64,000 nt of DNA from Zygnema circumcarinatum SAG 698-1b (taxonomy: Eukaryota; Plantae; Zygnematophyceae), in contig CM074816.1 of NCBI GenBank assembly GCA_037447605.1, positions 1,069,873 through 1,133,872 of the forward strand, written 5' to 3'. The notes below the pieces were generated by a model. It saw nothing but the letters and a program-made list of their open reading frames with translations. It did not search any database and was not told the origin of the DNA. Numbering within the stretch: position 1 is the first letter of the stretch; each line of letters begins with the position of its first letter. The translations under genes and the position numbers were made by a program. Shown here in pieces: positions 1 to 11,292 of this stretch.

Positions 1-853
1 TGACGTAGGGTTGGGGTGGTGCTGTGGGTCTGCCTGCAGCAAAGAGCCAGGATCCGGGGGATTCAGAGGTACGCGCAGCGGAAGACGTAGGGATCCTGAA
101 GATGTTCCCTCCGGCGGCTGGACTCGATGCGCAAAGAGCCCTTCCTTGGGGGCTCTCCTCTCTTGTCCTCTCCTCGGCTTGTCTCTTCGCTAGGCTTCTA
201 GTTATCATTGGTCATTGAGAGGAATGTAAGGCAGAGAGAACAAGATAGGGGCTTGGCATAGTGACAGCAAAGGGAAAACAGGACACAACTTAGATAAAGG
301 TGGTATTTTGGAAACTCACCCCAGCCATCGGTTGGCTGGGGAATGTCATTACAATGAAAGTACCTTCTCACTGAAATCTTTGTCTAGCTGGGCTGAATGG
401 GACGTCTAAATGCTCTCAGCAAGAAGACCCTTTCTCTCCCTCCCTCTCTATATCTATGGCATGGAACTCTCTCTCTCTCTCACACTTAGCATCTGTTGCT
501 GGAACTGAAGAGGAAGAAAAGAAGAACAAGACAACAAACCACACAGCAAATACTAATACTAAGCCCAGCACTAAAAGACAAAAAAGCATTACTGACATCC
601 CATCTACTTATCACTGACAATAGATCTTGAGCCTTAGCACTGACAGTCCCTGATTGGCCAACTGCCCACTGAGAGGCCTGACTAACTATGTGGGGCCTTC
701 TGATAGGCCAACTGCTGACAATCGGCGGCATTTTGCGGCGCTTCTGAGTGCGCCTAGCTGGATGGTGTGCTGTTTCGTGGGCCGCCGCCTTCACATGGCG
801 CCGCCTTCTCGCCTTTTCCGTCGGCAATTCCTGGAGCAGGCCGGTCCGTGACA
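1..853 (-). mobile_element. Possible 5' end of an LTR retroelement (gypsy-like?), truncated by the window edge
   Basis: Minus strand has TGTCACGGACC at 853, an LTR-like start. An open frame begins at ATG 208 (MITRSLAKRQAEERTREESPQG...) and runs off the window. No PBS, second LTR or diagnostic domain is visible. Confidence 0.25.
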
Positions 854-936
854 TTGAATATGAAGATGCCAAGTACAACTGAACGGACGCGGATCCGTCG
901 AGCGCAGCTCCGTTACGCTACACCCGCCGAGCAGCC

Positions 937-1901
937 TGTTGAAGCGGGGGTCTGCTCCCCACTTCCGGCGCCACCTCGGGTGTCGCCCTCCATTGGAACT
1001 TGAGTTCCCACGGATGAAGACATTCAAAACACTCAAAGCTCTATCTTACTTCACTCATCGCCCATAACAATAGAATGAAGCTATAAGACAAGCACAGCGG
1101 AAATCACAATGAGAGAGTGTTAGGAGAAAGCTCACGGCTCTAAAACTCCTTATAATAAAACTGTCTTCCCACAATGAAGTTCTCCCACCACTTCAAGGTC
1201 CCTCTTACTCACTACCTCACGACACAAGTGTAGGCAGCCTAGCAGCACGAGCAGGCTCTGAATAAGACCCGAGACTATGACAGAGTAGTGTGGGTGGGTT
1301 ACTTCCCATAGTAAAACTAAGCACTATATAATATGGCGTCCGTGACGTGACACACATGTCACGTCGCGTCCGCCATTGCAAACCCATGCACCGAGTCTGA
1401 GTGGGCGCACTCAGAAATAGCGACTAGCTAGCTGCCTCGTAAACCTACGGCGGCGCCGACCTAGTTCTTGTCGGATCGTACATCCGTCCGTACTGTTGCG
1501 CCCGTTTTGCCAGCGGCTCGCCCGCAGTCTTAGCCCGCCGACATCACCGGCCGTACCTCGAACTTCATGAGGTTACATAGCGAGTGGTCACCGTGGGCTG
1601 GTTCGCGCCCAGCCATCTTCCATGTCGTTTCGGCAGCTTTTGCGCTCCGCGTTTCGCGCCCGAGCCGCGACCAATCAGAGTCGCGCGTGTCCGTACTTTG
1701 CGAATCCGCGGCCGCGCCTCGACCAATCAGCGCCATCCGTTCGTAGTCCGCGCACTCGCGACGCACTCACCAAAGTCAGAGCACCGACATTACTAAATCT
1801 AAGAGCACTACGCCTAGCAGATCTCATGTTCTACAAACTGAGTACCACAACAAGTTAGTGTGTGCCATACAATGTCTAACTATCATACACTAACACTAAC
1901 A
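937..1901 (-). repeat. 3' LTR of copia element A (965 bp)
   Basis: TGTTG...AACA ends, adjacent to the PPT, matches 8729-9699. Confidence 0.95.
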
Positions 1902-1912
1902 ATCCCCCTCTT
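1902..1912 (-). other. Polypurine tract
   Basis: AAGAGGGGGAT on the minus strand immediately before the 3' LTR start TGTTAG. Confidence 0.9.
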
Positions 1913-1917
1913 GGGAC

Positions 1918-2698
1918 TCAGTTCCTCATGGGCCCTAGCCCAATCAACCTGCTGTTCACTAGTAGTGTCTCCCCGCTGACCCCCTTTGTCAACATGTCTG
2001 CAGCTTGCTCTTTTGTACCTACAAACTTTACCACTATCATCCCTTCCTCTACCAACTCTCGCACATAATGATATTGCACCCTAATGTGCTTGGTCCTTTT
2101 ATGGAACACAGGGTTTTCCATAAGAGCTATAGATGACTGGTTGTCCGTAAAAAGAGTCAATGGTGTTTGTGGTCGCTTACATTCATCAAAGAAATGTTGG
2201 AACCACATCCCCTCCTTCGCTGCGTGGCACGCTCCCATGTACTCTCCTTCGGTGCTCGACAGCGCCACCGAATCTTGTAACTTCGAGCTCCATGAGATCG
2301 CGCCTCCTCCGTTCAGGAACACAAATCCTGACGTCGATCGTGACGTGTCCACGTCACCTCCCCAATCAGAGTCGGTGTACCCGATCACTCTGGTTGGCCC
2401 CCTCTCAAATCTGAGACCGTAATCCAAGGTCCCTTTCACGAATCTGAAAATCCGCTTCACGGCCTCCCAATGTTCAGGACCGGGATTCTCCATGAACCGA
2501 CTTGCTGAGCTCACGGCTTTTGCCAAGTCAGGACGAGTACCTATCATCAGATACATTAAACTCTCGATTGCCGATCTGTACGGCACTCCGTACATTCTCT
2601 GTACCTCCGCATCTGTCGCAGGCATCATATCTTTCGACAATCGCGTTCCGATCTCCATCGGACTCGAACAAGGACGGCACTCCTCCATTTTGAACCTG
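1918..2698 (-). CDS. Copia pol C-terminus: end of reverse transcriptase plus RNase H
   Basis: YRSAIESLMYLMIGTRPDLAKAVS, WEAVKRIFRFVKGT, GYTDSDWGGD, TDNQSSIAL, HKRTKHI, ADMLTK. The central RT is missing in gap 2699-2708. Confidence 0.93.
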
Positions 2699-2708
2699 NN
2701 NNNNNNNN

Positions 2709-5606
2709 TTCTCCAGCAAACTGTCCCACTCGCTGTCGATCGCTGCTCGCCACTTCTCTCCATCGACCCCGTCGTGCGCCTCCTCAAAGGTTTGCGGTTC
2801 GGTGATCATAAAACAGTGGGCAGCTCCCGCGAGGTCCGCTGAGTCTGTAGGCACTTTTTCTTGTACTAGGTTAGTCTGCGAAGGCCTGTAGTGATGAGGC
2901 CTCCTCACCACACGGGTGCTCCTCCGCGGTCCTTGCGTTCTCCCACTCCTCGAGTTGAAGAAAATTCCGGGAACAAATCCCGGAGGCATCCTTGCCCTCA
3001 TCGCGTCTCTCTCGGCCATATCCAAGTCCTCAGACTCCTATCCGTGCAAAGGTACAGTTTCGACCGAGTCTTCCTCATCCGACAGGTGAGTGTGTAGTGG
3101 GGCCGTCTCCGTCGATTTCTCCGGCTCCCCCGCTTGCGGCACTTCGGGTTCGACTCCCGCCTCCGCCTCGACGTTCGGCATTGCTCCTGAGTCAGCTCCT
3201 TCGCTCTCCGGCATGCTGATCTCCTCCAAAGCCGGGACCTGAGAGGCTTCAACGCCTTCTCCGCTGGTCTCCACGTCCTCATACACAATCTCCAATCCTG
3301 TCTTTTGGGGCTGGGTCTCACCTAGCCGTGTCACCGCCCCTTTCTCGTCCACCCTGATGTCCCTCGAGCTCTGCACTTCCTTCGCTCGCGGGTTCCAAAA
3401 CCTGTAGGTGCGACTGTCCATGTTGTAGCCGAGAACATATCCTTCAACGGCTCGCGGGTCAAACTTCCTCTTCTGTCTCGCCTTCGGCACTGTCGACCAG
3501 CAGCGCGCTCCGAAAGCCTTCAGGTGGGAAACCGTGGGCTTTCTCCCACTCCACACCTCCTCAGGAACCTGGTCCTTGAGCACAGAAGATGGGCATCTAT
3601 TCCTAAGGTAAGCCGCGGTCATCACCGCCTCTCCCCAGAAAGAAGCCGGGAAGGGGGAATCTATAAGCATGGTCCGCGCCATGTCCCCCAACGTCCTATT
3701 TACCCTTTCAGCAGCTCCATTACTTTGAGGGGAGTAGGGAGCAGAGAATTCATGCCTAATTCCACGAGTCTTGAGGTACTTCGCCAACTCCTTCGACTTG
3801 AACTCCTCCGCTGTCTGGAGCGCAGAGTCTTCGCCGCCCCGCCGCTTCCATCTCGAAGTTCCCGCCATAATCTTCCGGGCCCGGAAGCCTTCTAATTTAT
3901 GGCTTTTGGTGAATTTCACCCAAATTTTCCTCGAAAAATCATCGAGAAAAGTGATGAAGTACCGAGCTCCTCCACTCGTTGCCGGTGTCACGGGGCCACA
4001 AAGGTCGGTGTGAACCAACTCCAGTTTCTCCTGCGCATGGTACGCCTCCTCTCCGCTCCTCGCGAATGGTTTCCGATGCGCCTTCCCCTCTACACACTCC
4101 TTGCAAAAGCCGAGCTCCTTCTCCACGACATCTACGTCTAACCCACGGACCAGCCCCTTAGCAGCAAGCTGTTGCAACCCCCGATGGTTAAGATGTCCAA
4201 GTCTACGATGCCAGAGATTTATGGCAGTTTCAGCCACAGCCATCACATCTTCATCCTCTGTCCTTCTATAATGAAGATAATACAGGCCTCCCTTCTCATA
4301 CCCCTCAAACAGCCGCTTCCCCGTCACTGCGTGAGTAGCTACGCAAGACTTCTCCTTGAACGTGATCTCGTACCCCCTCTTACACACCTGGCTAACAGAC
4401 ATGAAGTTCTGTTTCAGCTCAGGGGTGTGGAGTACATCACCGATACACAAACGCTCCTCCCTCTCCTCTTCGTAGATGACAGAGCCGTCTCCGAGAATCA
4501 TCTTGACTACTCCACCCTTCGTGACTGTCACTCCCTCTCCGGTTGCCGAGTGAACAGATCGAGTCTTCTCCAGCGTGTCCAACGTGGAGAACATCTGCTT
4601 GTCGCCACACATGTGTGTGGAAGCGCCTGAATCGATCAACCAGGGCCGCTTCAGATCCTGAACCTGGATCTTCCCAACAAAGTCAGAACCTTCGGGCCTT
4701 TCAGCCATCATCAGATTGGTCTCATTCGACCCTCTGCATTCGGTGCTCTTGTGACCTCGCTTCTTGCACTTGAAGCAGATCCCCTTGAAGCCTTTCTTCT
4801 CCTTCTTGCCGAATGCCGGCGCTTCCTCCTCCCCCGGGATCTTGGGGATCCTTGTTCTTGTAGCAGTTCCGGCCAGTAGTGGCTGGGCCTTGCCACACGT
4901 GTAGCACGCTCCCGCAGGGCGTTCTCCTCGGTCCGACTTCGGCGCACCTCCTCTTCGGTCTTGTCGTGAGTGCAGCGCTAGCACCTTCTCCTCGGTGCTC
5001 CCGGTGTCTTGGACGGTGTCCTCCTCCTTGATCCTCCGCTTTACTTGCTCAAGGGTCATCTTCGAGTTTGTTAGGACAGTCCTAAGCGCTGCAACTGCTA
5101 CATCAAATCTGGAGGTCAACCCCCCTAAGAACTCGCTGATCTTATGGTCACTCTCTAACGGTTTCTGTAGAGCTATGAACCTCTCCATCAAGGTATCAAA
5201 CCTGACCATATATTCACTCAGTTTCTCATCCGAAGTCATCTTCATCTTCCCAAGCTGCGTGTAAAGACTCACTATCGTGACGTTATCCTTTACATCATAC
5301 ATCTCTTCTAAGCACCTCCACATAGCATGTGAGGTCTTGAGATCATACAGCATGGACGGCGACTTCCCCTCACACCTGCGACGCATCCGGTGAGCGCTGT
5401 TGTCCTTGGCACCCATTCGGCGAAGCGCCACTGTTCGGATTGCCGCCCGCCGCGGGTTCCTCCGTAGCACCGTGCCTTGATGGTGCCGCGACGTACCCCA
5501 GCCCCTTGCCACCCAGCAAAGGAATCCAGCCGCCATCTCCACCCCTTTGTAGTCTTGGACCGCCAAATGGGAATGCTGAACTTCACGTGGTCCTCGTCGC
5601 CACCAT
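2709..5606 (-). pseudogene. Copia gag-protease-integrase-RT N-terminus (inner element C), frameshifted
   Basis: Zinc knuckle CFKCKKRGHKSTEC; protease WLIDSGASTHMC; GAG-pre-integrase LWHRRLGH...CKEC; integrase LVHTDLCGP, FLDDFS, PQSNGAAERVNRTL; RT start EPQTFEEA...WRAAIDSEWDSL. Local indels and a frameshift near 3030. Confidence 0.9.
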
Positions 5607-5620
5607 TGGCTCTGATACCA
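5607..5620 (-). other. Primer-binding site (tRNA-iMet) of inner element C
   Basis: TGGTATCAGAGCCA on the minus strand, 2 nt after the LTR end at 5623. Confidence 0.92.
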
Positions 5621-5622
5621 CT

Positions 5623-6794
5623 TGTTGGAGTCTGGATCTGCTCGCTGCTCCCGGCGCCACCTCGCGTGTCGCCCTCCATTGGAACTCCGGTTCCCACCGA
5701 TGAAGACATCTTCACTCTCTCTCACTCTATCTCACTTCACTCATAGCCCATAACTCACAGAATGAACGCAGAGACGAGCACAACGGAAATCACACACGAG
5801 AGAGTATAGGAGAAAGCTCATGGCTCTAAAACTCCTTTATAATAAGAATGTCACCCACATGAAGTTCTCCCCCTCTCACTAGCTACTTCTCCCCTTACTC
5901 ACTACCTTGCGACACAAACAGGGCAGCCCAGCAACACGAGCAGGCACAGAATAAGTCACGGGACTACAGTAGTCTAATGTGGTTATCCTTCATAACAAAG
6001 CTAAACCGNNNNNNNNNNTAGTGTGGTTATCCTTCATAACAAAGCTAAACCGTATATACCCCCATGGCCGTGTTACGTGACATCTTCCTTGTTGACCGAT
6101 GTCACGTCACGGCCGCCCTCATGCGTTCAGCAGCCGGGTACGCGTTCAACATCCAGCTTTGCGGTCTTTCGTAAACCTACGCCAGCACCGACCTAGTCAG
6201 GTCGTCCGTACAGTTCCGCCGCCCATCTGAACTTGTCTTGTTGGTGGAGGGACTCCTCCACTGCTGCCGGCTTCTCCACTCGCATCACCTTCCATCGGAG
6301 TTCGCGTTCCAATCGATGATGACATTTCCCAAACTCTCACATTCACTCATAGCCCATTTTACTCACAGAGTGAACCTCTCAGAATATGCACAGCGGAAAT
6401 AACAGAGAGAAAAGGATAGGAGAAAGCTCTCGGCTCTAAAACTCCTTAATAATAATCTTATCAACACAAAATGAGAGACCCCCTCTCAAATAGCCCAATA
6501 AACTCAAAAGCCCACTACCTCGCAGCACAAGCAAGTGTAATGTTCAGCAACACGAGCATCAGCTTCTCAGAGTCTACAATAGCTACGTTGATAATCAGAA
6601 GTTAAAGATTAACAACCAAACAAAACAACACACTATATACGNNNNNNNNNNGAAAAGCGTACGGGCCACCGACATTTGGCCCGACCGTATTTCCTAGGAA
6701 CACTACTAGCAGATCTCATGTTTCCCAACTGAGGACCACAACAATGTTAGTGTGAACCCGTACAATGTCTAACTATAGCACACTAACACTAACA
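5623..6794 (-). repeat. 5' LTR of inner copia element C, interrupted by LTR D and two gaps
   Basis: TGTTGG at 5623 and CACTAACACTAACA at 6781-6794; shares LTR-A motifs (GGAAAT, AGGAGAAAGC..CTCTAAAACTCCTT, GTAAACCTAC, GCAGATCTCATG); abuts gag A at AGATT. Confidence 0.8.
6239..6641 (-). repeat. Part of a fourth related LTR (D) inserted inside LTR C
   Basis: A new TGTTGG terminus at 6239 is followed by a second, diverged copy of the R/U5 motif block (6391-6447) and CACTATATA (6631). The other end is lost in gap 6642-6651. Confidence 0.65.
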
Positions 6795-8712
6795 AGATTC
6801 GTCTCCACCGCCACTCTGCAATCTGTGCTCTTGTGGCCTCGCTTCTTGCATTTGAAGCAGATTCCCTTGAATCCCTTCTTGACGGATGACGATGCTCCTC
6901 CACCCCGATCTTGGGTGTTCTTGTTCTTGTAACAGTCGGCCGAGAAGTGGCCCGTCTTGCCGCACGTGTAACACGCTCCCGTAGGGCGTTCCCCACGGTC
7001 TGCCCTCGGGGCACCTCCTCTTCGAACTTGTCGTGAGTGCAGCGCCAACACCTTCTCCTCGGTGCCTCCAACGTCTTGGACAGTGTTCTCCTCCTTGATC
7101 CTCCGTTTCACTTGCTCAAGGGTCATCACGGTGTTTGTTAGAACAGTCCTAAGAGCTGCAACTGCTACATCGAATCGGCCAGGCAGTCCCCCTAGAAACT
7201 GGCTGATTTTATGGTCTCCCTCTAACGGTTTTTGCAGCGCTATAAATCTCTCCATTAGAGTATCAAATCTGACCATATATTCACTCAGCTTCTCTTCCGA
7301 GGACATCTTCATTTTCCCAAGCTGCGTGTAAAGGCTGACTATCGTTACGTTATCCTTTACGTCATACATCTCCTCTAAGCATCTCCACATAGCATGTGAA
7401 GTCTTAAGTGTTGTTGCAGCGCCCTCCCTTGGTGGGGCTGCCACTTCTCCTCTACCTTGGGTAGAACTCGACATCTTCAATGAATTGCTCAATCACACAA
7501 AACACACTAAATGCAAGAGAACAACTCAGCGGAAATATGAAAATGTAAGGAGAAAGCCACCAGCCTAAAACTCCTTAAGATAAAGATGAAATACAACTTG
7601 ACAACACTAGAGCCAAGCTTCAAGCACCTCTTCTCAAGCTACGTGAATAAACCACCCACTACAAGCTGAACACTTCCCACTATCTTCTTGGCCCTAAGCA
7701 AGACAGCCTCACTCCCAATGTGAGTCACGAGAAGGTTAACTTCTACCAAACAATCTAAGCCTTAAATACAATATGGCGCCATTAGTGACATTGTCACGTC
7801 ACGGCCGCACATGCTACGCCTTGCAAGACCCTTATCCCGATCCTAATCTCGCGCCGTCGGATCCTCCTCAGCTTGCACGGATCCAGCACATCAATGCCGT
7901 CAGATCCGCCTCAGCCTTATCTCCATCCGAGTCCTCCACCGTAGGATCTGACTCCTCATTACTTGGCGTCATGTGGGACCCCGTAAGCCTACGAGCGCCA
8001 CCGACCTAGGCCGTACAGGCCTTCCCTTTAACCCGACACGTGGCGCCTTCCGATTCGCCACTGTCCTCCAGATGAGACATTGCTGACTCCGTACCTCGTC
8101 AGTTCTGCTCCGCGCGCTGATTCGCGCCTTGTCACTTCTCGATTTGTCGCGTCGCGCCACGTCACATCTGACTCCGCCACGCCGCGCCGCGCCACCGACC
8201 AATGTCCGTACANNNNNNNNNNCAAATCGTACCACTGATTGGCCGCACCGACATTCTGATGCCTTGCCTTGCCAAATCAGACTCGCGCGCTATACGCACA
8301 CCCCTTAAAGACTTGTACGGTCGCCTAGACGCCCCTCCGTACAATGTGGACACTTTTGAGCACACCCCTCCTTAGAACTTAGTACCAACAACTTAGTGTA
8401 CAACAAGTCCTTAACTACTTTACACTAACATTAAGGTCATACAGCATGGAAGAGGGACTTCCCCTCACGCTCATGACGATCTGGGTGAGGGCCTTGTTGT
8501 CCTTGGTCCTCCATCTGGCGAGCGCTGTGTCGAACTCCGACTGCTGCTCCGCCGTGGCTCCCTCCGGCTGCACCGGTGCCTTGATGGTGCCGTCAACGTA
8601 CCCCAACAGCCCCTTGCCCACAAGCAAAGGAACCAGCCGCCATCTCCACCCCTTGTAGTCCGAACCATCGAACGCTGGGATGCTGAACTTCACGTGGTCC
8701 TCCTCGCCACCT
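6795..8712 (-). pseudogene. gag of outer element A, split by solo LTR B and cut at ETNL by element C
   Basis: KFSIPAFDGSDYKGWRWRL...SMLYDL (8712-8431) continues in frame after removing 7409-8430 as KTSHAMWRCLEEMYD..., with two CCHC knuckles (CYTCGKTGHFSADC, CFKCKKRGHKSTDC). Confidence 0.9.
7409..8430 (-). mobile_element. Solo LTR B (related copia family)
   Basis: TGTTG...TACACTAACA ends; 5-bp TSD TTAAG at 7404-7408 and 8431-8435; contains a gap at 8213-8222, so a full element cannot be excluded. Confidence 0.88.
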
Positions 8713-8726
8713 TGGCTCTGATACCA
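8713..8726 (-). other. Primer-binding site (tRNA-iMet) of element A
   Basis: TGGTATCAGAGCCA on the minus strand, 2 nt after the LTR end at 8729. Confidence 0.92.
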
Positions 8727-8728
8727 CT

Positions 8729-9699
8729 TGTTGAAGCGGGGGTCTGCTCCCCACTTCCGGCGCCACCTCGGGTGTCGCCCTCCATTGGAACTTGAGTTCC
8801 CACGGATGAAGACATTCAAAACACTCAAAGCTCTATCTTACTTCACTCATCGCCCATAACAACAGAATGAAGCTACAAGACAAGCACAGCGGAAATCACA
8901 ATGAGAGAGTGTTAGGAGAAAGCTCACGGCTCTAAAACTCCTTATAATAAAACTGTCTTCCCACAATGAAGTTCTCCCACCACTTCAAGGTCCCTCTTAC
9001 TCACTACCTCACGACACAAGTGTAGGCACCCTAGCAGCACGAGCAGGCTCTGAATAAGACCCGAGACTATGACAGACTAGTGTGGGTGGGTTACTTCCCA
9101 TAGTAAAACTACACACTATATAATATGGCGTCCGTGACGTGACACACATGTCACGTCGCGTCCGCCATTGCAAACCCATGCACTGAGTCTGAGTGGGCGC
9201 ACTCAGGAATAGCGACTAGCTAGCTGCCTCGTAAACCTACGGCGGCGCCGACCTAGTTCTTGTCGGATCGTACATCCGTCCGTACTGTTTCGCCGTTTCG
9301 CCAGCGCTCCTTCGCAGTCTTCGCCCGCCGACATCTCGGCCGTACACTCGAACTCGCGGACCCACATCGCGAGTGGTCCTCGTGGCGCATTCCGGTTCGC
9401 CGCCAAATATCTTCCATGTCGTTTCCGCGCCGCAACTTTGCGCTCCGCGTTTCGCGCCCGCGCCGCGACCAATCAGAGTCGCGCGTGTCCGTACTTTGCG
9501 AATCTGCGGCCGCGCCTCGACCAATCAGCGCCATCCGTTCGTACTCCGCGCACTCGCGACGCACTCACCAAAGTCAGAGCACCGACATTACTAAATCTAA
9601 GAGCACTACGCCTAGCAGATCTCATGTTCTACAAACTGAGTACCACAACAAGTTAGTGTGTGCCATACAATGTCTAACTATCATACACTAACACTAACA
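8729..9699 (-). repeat. 5' LTR of copia element A (971 bp)
   Basis: Matches 937-1901; followed on the minus strand by the PBS. Confidence 0.95.
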
Positions 9700-10439
9700 C
9701 AGCCATTCGCCTCCGTACAAAGAGAAACAGTACGGCCACAGGCCGGACTCTAACATAATACCGCCCGCCGATTGTTCACACGGACTTCCTTACATTTTCA
9801 AATTCCAAGATTTTCGTTTTCGATTTTCAATATTTGCTGAAACCATGTTGAAAATAGGGTAGTGTTATTTCCACCCCTTTTTTGGATCAAAAGATTCAAA
9901 ACATCCCTTCCCGGCCGGGCAGAATTCAAAAAGGATGAAAAACGGAAAATGCTTTTTTCACACCTTTTTGGAATCGATACCACACCTTCTTCTTCCGGCG
10001 GGAATTATACTGACAGAAAACGATAGGGCACATACCGTAGCGTGTTTCAGGAAAAATCTGTTAGTTTTAATTCCCGCCATTTCCGACTGCCGTCCGCGGA
10101 CTCCACTTTTTTCGCGTTTCGTTTCGTCACGTCACGGTCCCAAACATACTTGTCACGTCATATGTTGCCGCGACCAATCATGTCGCTCCACGTGTTGCGC
10201 CCTTTTACCTTGTAGACGCGCGCGCTTCGTACATTTCAAATCACCATCCGTACATCCGACAATGAAAGGTCTGTATCTATTCTGAAAAGTATGAAACAGC
10301 ATTTTTCGCCAAAAAAATCCTTTTTTTTGCTGCCCGGCGAAAACGTACACTACATTCAGAAAAAGGACACTGTAAATTGTCGCCCCCAGAAAATATTACG
10401 GGGGGATACTGTACTGTACAATTTGCCAACCGTCCGTAC

Positions 10440-10798
10440 ACGTCCTTCAAGCCCTGACGCGGTTGACCCTATTGATATCGTCCTAGCCGCCGACCCAATG
10501 AGGGTCCACGTGGCGCCTTTTTACTCGTTGTTGACTTTCCAATTCGTGTGCGTCGACATCGAACTTCGTTTGCTCTGCCACGTGTCGCACACACCGCGCT
10601 CCACGCTAACGCCGCGACCAATCAGCACGCGCCTCGACTACTACGCTGTACTATACGTACAGTCATGCGCTGCGGCCGTACAGTACCTCGCGCCATTCCG
10701 TACAGTACCCCCATCGACCAGCGCGGTCTCTAATATACTCTCATACGTTGGGACTACTATGAGCACCCCTCCTTAGAACTTGGTACCATCAACTAGTG
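10440..10798 (-). mobile_element. Truncated LTR fragment related to LTR B
   Basis: GAGCACCCCTCCTTAGAACTTGGTACCATCAACTAGTG (10761-10798) resembles 8359-8398; it also has the CGACCAATCAG motif of the other LTRs. The left boundary is approximate. Confidence 0.55.
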
Positions 10799-10937
10799 GA
10801 GGAAGTGGCATTGATCTCGCGATGGCGAGGCCATCAAATGTCCATGGACAAAAGCAGCATGGGGAACCACGAGGGACTGGTCACAATGGTCCTAAGCACA
10901 AACGAAAAAGCTAGGAGCGGAAAACTACGCCTAAGCG
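10799..10937 (+). repeat. Dispersed ~140-bp repeat family X, copy 1 (others: 12147-12310 -, 15560-15680 -, 15768-15910 +, 22161-22232 -)
   Basis: Shared core GCATTGATCTCRCGATGGCGAGGCCATCAAA...CAGCATGGGGAACCACGAG..ACTGGTCACAAAGGACCTA, recognisable in five diverged intergenic copies. Confidence 0.8.
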
Positions 10938-11292
10938 CACCAACGCAGCTCTCCCTAGACGCAGCCGCGGAGGTCACCGATGTGCGGCACATCCCGCGGA
11001 GGGAGAGGCGGAAGGCCACCGACACGCACGGTCGCCAACAACCGCAGCTTCACGCCGAAGGAGCGGAGAAGCGAGGCGGCGCTGAATGGCGACAGAAATG
11101 CGCTGACGATAAAAAGGAGCCAGGATCGATCGCCGGAGGAGGGCTTCCTTCCTTCCTTTCGGGGCTGTGCGTGCATCTCGAGGAAGCGATAGGCGCACGC
11201 ACGCACGCACGCACGCACTGGCGAAAGAAGGAAGGACGGCGTCCAAGCGGGCGTCGAGTCAACCAAAAATCTCAACCGCCATAGGAACAAAC

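Larger units (their letters stand above)
937..9699 (-). mobile_element. Ty1/copia LTR retrotransposon (outer element A) with nested insertions
   Basis: Near-identical TG...CA LTRs at 937-1901 and 8729-9699; 5-bp TSD CAGCC at 932-936 and 9700-9704; tRNA-iMet PBS at 8713-8726; PPT at 1902-1912; internal order gag-PR-IN-RT-RNaseH. Confidence 0.95.

Noticed and set aside
791-1036. ORFs MSVLNVFIRGNSSSNGGRH... and the N-terminal extensions of gag ORFs
   Set aside because: They lie in LTR U5 upstream of the PBS; they are frame read-through, not genes.
3146-3158. GGGTTCGACTCCC, a perfect tRNA T-arm/B-box
   Set aside because: There is no D-arm, anticodon arm or acceptor stem; it is the antisense of pol codons AGVEPEV.
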